Positions 59,401 to 64,000 of a stretch of DNA of 64,000 bases are shown here, one piece after another. The stretch comes from Macrostomum lignano (lineage: Eukaryota), in contig NIVC01001946.1 of NCBI GenBank assembly GCA_002269645.1, positions 155,304 through 219,303 on the forward strand, written 5' to 3'. The position numbers and the translations under genes are program-made. The notes beneath the pieces are model-generated. The model did not search any database. It saw only the letters and a list, made by a program, of their open reading frames with translations, and was not told the DNA's origin. Numbering within the stretch: position 1 is the stretch's first letter; each line of letters begins with the position of its first letter.

Positions 59401-62400
59401 CAATGGAGGATTTTCTGTGCTGTGAGAATGATCAATTCTTTAAATTGCATTAAAGCCCTGACGACTTTGTCCGTAGCAATCACGTGTTCAGTGGGTAGAG
59501 GCGTCTGACTGTCGCGTCCTGACCCCTTTATTCGGTTCTGCTAGCGGCCACATTCATTTGGGGCTTGTCGTGAGATTCGCAGCCATGAGGGCCAACCCCC
59601 AATTAAGGCACAAAGAGTGTACATGCCTGAAAGTCCAGGCCAGAGTACATGCTTGTGTGAGCGTGTATGCGAGTGCGTGAGTGCGTTCCCAAGGACTAGT
59701 CAACCAGAAGGACGGGAAAGTACGCTTCTTAGAAAATGTTTAGTGAGGCTGGTCTTCGCCGAAATTACGCTGCGGAGATAGGAACTTTTCGTTTTTTACA
59801 GCACAAAAATCGTTGTTGCTTTCAATAGGAGGCAAACCCAATTCAGGGAAAACCAGCCTCCTAAACATTTTCTAAGAAACGTATAGTTTCCCGTCCTTCT
59901 AGTTGAGCAGTCCTTGTGCATGGCTCGCGCTTGTATTTGCTCAGGCGTTAGAGGAATGGGTAGAACAGCCTTTGTGCGAATAAATTTAATAATCTATTAT
60001 TATATCATTTAAAATTATATTATACTACAATTACTATTCATCATAGGCGTAGGGGGGGGGGCGCACAGGGCGCACGGCCCCCGTAGAGTAAGATTTTTTT
60101 ATATGGGAAATGCGCATTATCATGTACCGATTATATTCAGAATCGGTGTTGTCAGCACTCATTTTAGCACCACAGGCACGCATTTTGGCGCTGCAGGCAC
60201 TCATTTTGGCACCGCAGGCACTCATGTTGGCACCGCAGGCAGTCATTTTAGCGCCGCAGGCACTCATTTTAGCGCCGCAGGCACTCATGTTAGCGCCACA
60301 GGCACTCATGTTAGCGCCGCAAGCACTCATGTTAGCGCCACAGGCACTCATTTTAGCGCCGCAGGCAATCATTTTAGCGCCGCAGGCACTCATTTTAGCG
60401 CCGCAGGCACTCATTTTAGCGCCGCAGGCACTCATTTTAGCGCCACAGGCACTCATTTTAGCGCCACAGGCACTCATGTTAGCGCCGCAGGCACTCATTT
60501 TAGCACCACAGGCACTCATTTTAGCGCCGCAGGCACTCATTTTAGCGCCGCAGGCACTCATTTTAGCGACACAGGCACTCATGTTAGCGCCGCAGGCACT
60601 CATTTTAGCGCCACAGGCACTCATTTTAGCACCGCAGGCGCTATGTTTTGTCGCCCTGCAGCAAAATGCATTCATGCAAAGCAGCAAACACCAAAAATAG
60701 GAGTAAAAAATAAGCAAAAAGTCTACATTTTGCGTTTAAAATGTGGGGGGCCATGGCCCCACTGCCCGCCCGTTCCTGCGCCTATGCTATTCATATAATG
60801 AGTATTGTTAATATTATTTTAAGACTCCAATCCACCACTCGTGCATGTTTCAGCTCCGCTGTACAGCCCTTCGTTGGACAGATACGCAAGAAGAGTTTAT
60901 TCGGCAGCTTATCAAAAGACATTTTACTTCAACGACGCTTTGATTTCCAATCCGAGCCAGAGCTCGGAGTCTGCCAACTTGAACACAGACGGAATTGCCT
61001 CCGATACGCCCCAGCACTACTGGAGACTTCTGGTTGATCTGAAGTCCAGCCACTGCATCGGATTTTTATACCTGGACTTGTCACGAAGTGAGATGGATGT
61101 CTGCTCTTTTTGTCACCAATTTTGAAAAAACCTTTTTAAAAATCAAATCCCAATCCTAAAATCATTTCAGGCATCAACAACTTCTCCGTTAAAGTGGGAA
61201 ACGAATGGAACTCCAGTCTGAAGGATCTGGCCTTTGAATCGTGGCCCGAGTGCTACAAGATTAACGTGGCTTTCAGCAGTTCTTATTACTACAGAAAGAA
61301 AATCAGGTGCTCCAGCCAGCTGTGCGGTAGATATGTTGTTCTTCTGCAAGGAGTTGCAGCTGGAAAACTGGGCATTCGCCATCTGGGACTTCAAGCTGAA
61401 GAAGGTAAACTAAAACGTGTCGGATGTGTTGTTCGGTACATCTATGCATGGAATAATACCAGCCCTCAGTGTTCTTTGAAAGAATTAAAAGTGAAAGTAG
61501 AAATTTCATAACCAGGCAAAACTCTTTACCTAAAAAGTTTCAATTTCAAAGAGCCAATAAACCACAGTAAAGGAAAAGTCATATCATCGCGTTGTACTTT
61601 GCGATGACTTTTGCGTTGCAATTTTCCAGTAGCAACTCTAGACGCATTCAGCTTCACAATCGATTGCAATTGAATTCCGGCAGAAAAGTTCGAAGAGGTT
61701 CGCACGTTTCCAAATCTGATTCGCCGAGTCCCTGCCGCTGTGATGAGCGACGCCACCAGAGACCGAGCTTTGACGATGCAGGCCCGGCTGAGAAACACCG
61801 GACTCAAACTATGGCTCACCGAGCACTTTGAGCACGCTGACATACTCAACCATGTGAGTCGGCATTCAAATTTCTAAAAATCTCATACAAGGCAAATTTC
61901 ACTGCCGCCAATTGTCACTTCCAGCAATTGTCGCTACAGGTAGTGCAGACTTTCAATTCAACCCTGGTAAAAAACTCTGGAAGTTTAAACTTAAAAGCTC
62001 TTCCAATTCCCATCAAATTAGACCAATTTGTGCGTTATCGAAAGATTTTATGATCGAGCTACATTTACGTAATTTTTTCGTCGCTTTGTTATTAATTTGT
62101 AAGTTTTAAAGGCTTCTCAGACAACATTTTTTAATGACTTGTGACGACAAAAACTGGGCTTTGGGTTGCTAATAAATAACGCAAATGATGTTGGGAAGTG
62201 TAAGTAAACAGGAGAAAGATGGTTCAAATCGTGGATAATGCTTGCAAAGGTGATATTAGGTTCTAAAAGGAATGACTGTTATTTTTAAACTCGTTCATGC
62301 TTGCATCAGTTGATTCTTCAAATACACATAAGCCCTGTAGTCTCTAAAAAATACTGAATTTATAGCAATGTAAAAGAGCCTACATTTATTTATAAGCAAA

Positions 62401-64000
62401 CTATTGAATAGAATAAACTTAAAGATTTGGCTTTTTGACCCTCCTTGCTCATTAAAAAAGTTGACTTGACCAGTTGGTGGAACTGCTGAAAACCAACTGA
62501 AGTTTGCTAGCTGTCTCTGCTCTTCCAGAACCGCTGGGAAGTCTCTCTGGAAAGCAATGGTTCCGTCGTCTTTGCCAACGATTGCGCAATTCGCACCGGG
62601 GATTCGACCAACAGGACAACTTTGACTGACATGGAAACCATATTTAACAGCACAGTCACTGCCATCACCGATGACTACCTGCCTATTAAACTGACCTGGT
62701 CTCAGACAGAACTAAACATCAGCGTCAACGAACAACTCCTGGTCAGTCTGGCTATGGACAGCGATAGTGACACGTTCGACGTGAAAACTGTCGGCTACAC
62801 GACTCTGGGAAGCGGCTCAGACGACACCAGGGCGCACGTTCTGTTTGACATGCCGAGTGAGTTCTGTAGCTACTTAGTGGGATAGAATCCCAGGCACGAA
62901 TTATCGCATGATCTATGGTGTAAATAATTTGATATACCTGCTAAACTTCTTACTTAAGGGAAAATCTGGCCAAATACCAAGAACCAATTCTGTTTTAAAA
63001 GTTGGTTTCTCTAAACTGCGCCGTATATTTTCAAGTGAAAAGCTGACTCAAGCCAAATATCTGATTGCTTCTTTAAGTTCGTTTAAGGCCAAGTACTGAC
63101 TGAGGACATAATGAACATTTTTATTAGCGTTTCTCGCAGATCACTGCGTGGTCTGCTACCCCTAATATCGTACACTAATAATAATGATCATCTGTAATTA
63201 GTTGTAATTTATTTTTACAGACGATCGGCAGCTCGGAATGTGGTCGCCTGCCAATTCGCTTCGTAGCTATTGGGGTTGTAGCCGTGATGATGAATACATT
63301 CAGGTAACAATAAAGCGCTTGTGATTAACGTTTGAAATCACTTTGTTATCTACCTAATGGCAACTGTCTCAAAATTATTTTATTTTATTTATTTCAGGCA
63401 ACATTCTCCGAAATGGCAAAAGTATTTGCTATGGCCATTCAACCCGGAACTGATCGAGCTACTCATTCGTACTCTCAAATCAACCGGTATTTCTATGTGC
63501 TCTATTCGACTGATGGCGTCTCCTACTTACAGTACTCACTGGTAAGCCCACAAGTGATTCGTGTTTTTAGTCACCCAATGCAATTATTGCGCTGCAAGCA
63601 TTCTCAAGCGTTCATCTAGGCGACCTATTTCATAGACGACCTTTATATAGGCGACACAGCTGATGGCCAACCCACTGGCTTTTTTATCTTGATAGGACTA
63701 TGTGATCATTGATTTTTTTAAATGGCGACAAGCAAAATAGAAATGCTACAAAGAAACTTGATTTTACCAAGCCCTTTCTGTTTCATTTAGACATTTCTCA
63801 CATAAGGTGAAGAACATTAAATAGGACGCAAGATTGATATAAACTGAGGTAATTTTGATAACGAAATCTACTATAAAATGATAGAGTTAACGGCTGAATA
63901 ATTACGAGTACATAAAACTTCTACAAACTGCTGTAAATTTATTTGTTTCAGCTGCAAATACCCGGAGCAAAGCATGGTTCACCACGTTTGCCAGCTTTGT
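45581..64000 (+). CDS. secreted mosaic lectin-like protein, partial: exons 45581-45659, 45838-46184, 53776-53932, 54699-54916, 55442-55571, 55646-55814, 56664-56893, 56974-57216, 58804-58926, 59003-59134, 60854-61087, 61171-61404, about 61684-61853, 62529-62856, 63221-63303, 63398-63541, 63952 onward; in-frame TAA at 56779-56781
   Basis: GT-AG junctions with matching phases. Signal peptide; F5/8C-like segments (WVRIYF..VTG, CILQLDLIG, LQLNF..VTA..FWVSY, YSTDG); C-type lectin (CPDGW...C...TW..A..FC...WVWGDG...C...C..QLKFIC); kringle-like start (TASGRACVPW); fucolectin-like (FSVKVG...C...CGRYV); FAMeT-like module. Domain names are motif-level judgements. Confidence 0.75.
47270..47600 (+). mobile_element. 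decayed tRNA-SINE-like repeat; second copy at about 59480-59690
   Basis: Both copies have an A-box-like CAGTGG head and share AGGGCCAACCCCCAA...GTGTACATGCC. Confidence 0.45.
48291..51976. mobile_element. foldback-like element: long inverted arms of 161-bp tandem repeats (about 15 forward units 48291-50674, about 4.5 inverted units 51245-51976) around a unique 570-bp loop
   Basis: Both arms start from the same unique terminus AAGGGGATGTCAACTTAAGCACCAGAATGG; period 161 shown by the ORF offsets. No TSD found. Confidence 0.75.
51997..52450. mobile_element. hAT-type MITE, 454 bp, with internal 21-bp tandem repeat
   Basis: TIRs CAGTGGCGTAGCCAGGA / TCCTGGCCACGCCACTG; perfect 8-bp TSD GTAGGTAG (51989-51996 and 52451-52458); internal (AAATGAGTGCCTGCGGCGCTA)n. 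Confidence 0.92.
56250..56530. repeat. (AGTC)n microsatellite
   Basis: Direct reading. Confidence 0.92.
57440..58420. mobile_element. imperfect palindromic (MITE/foldback-like) element
   Basis: 57612-57685 pairs with 58173-58247 and about 57470-57520 pairs with about 58340-58385; internal direct repeats at about 57940-58050 and 58085-58190. Confidence 0.6.
59690..59920. mobile_element. small inverted-repeat element (MITE-like)
   Basis: About 60-bp imperfect inverted arms (59693-59756 and 59852-59917). Confidence 0.55.
60042..60786. mobile_element. hAT-type MITE, 745 bp, with the same internal 21-bp repeat in opposite orientation
   Basis: TIRs CATAGGCGTAG / CTGCGCCTATG; perfect 8-bp TSD CTATTCAT (60034-60041 and 60787-60794); internal (GCAGGCACTCATTTTAGCGCC)n. 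Confidence 0.92.

Overview
Repeat-rich eukaryotic (invertebrate animal) genomic DNA. The minisatellite-laden introns would fit a flatworm such as Macrostomum, but the species cannot be determined from the sequence. Left to right: (1) a nearly full-length LOA-like non-LTR retrotransposon on the minus strand (ORF1, then APE-RT-RNase H ORF2 running off the window), with an AUGAUG stop-start junction and a candidate HDV-like ribozyme in its 5' UTR; (2) the 3' part of a class A GPCR; (3) a 6.4-kb Penelope-like element (RT + GIY-YIG, Neptune-type Cys linker) in partial-tandem form, inserted in a (GA)n microsatellite, with two minimal hammerhead ribozymes. Its upstream ORF contains an intact ALKBH2/3-type AlkB dioxygenase domain and meets the RT frame at a U-UUA-AAC -1 slippery site placed directly before the stop codon; this is the main candidate novel system; (4) about 19 kb dominated by satellites; (5) a complete 11-exon galactocerebrosidase (GALC, GH59) gene on the minus strand, with different minisatellites in most introns; (6) a divergent multi-exon gene for a secreted mosaic lectin (discoidin, C-type lectin, kringle-like, fucolectin-like and FAMeT-like modules) running off the right edge. 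Its introns hold a foldback-like element built from 161-bp G-quadruplex-motif repeats, two hAT MITEs and SINE-like remnants. All translations, alignments and folds were done by eye and need computational confirmation.
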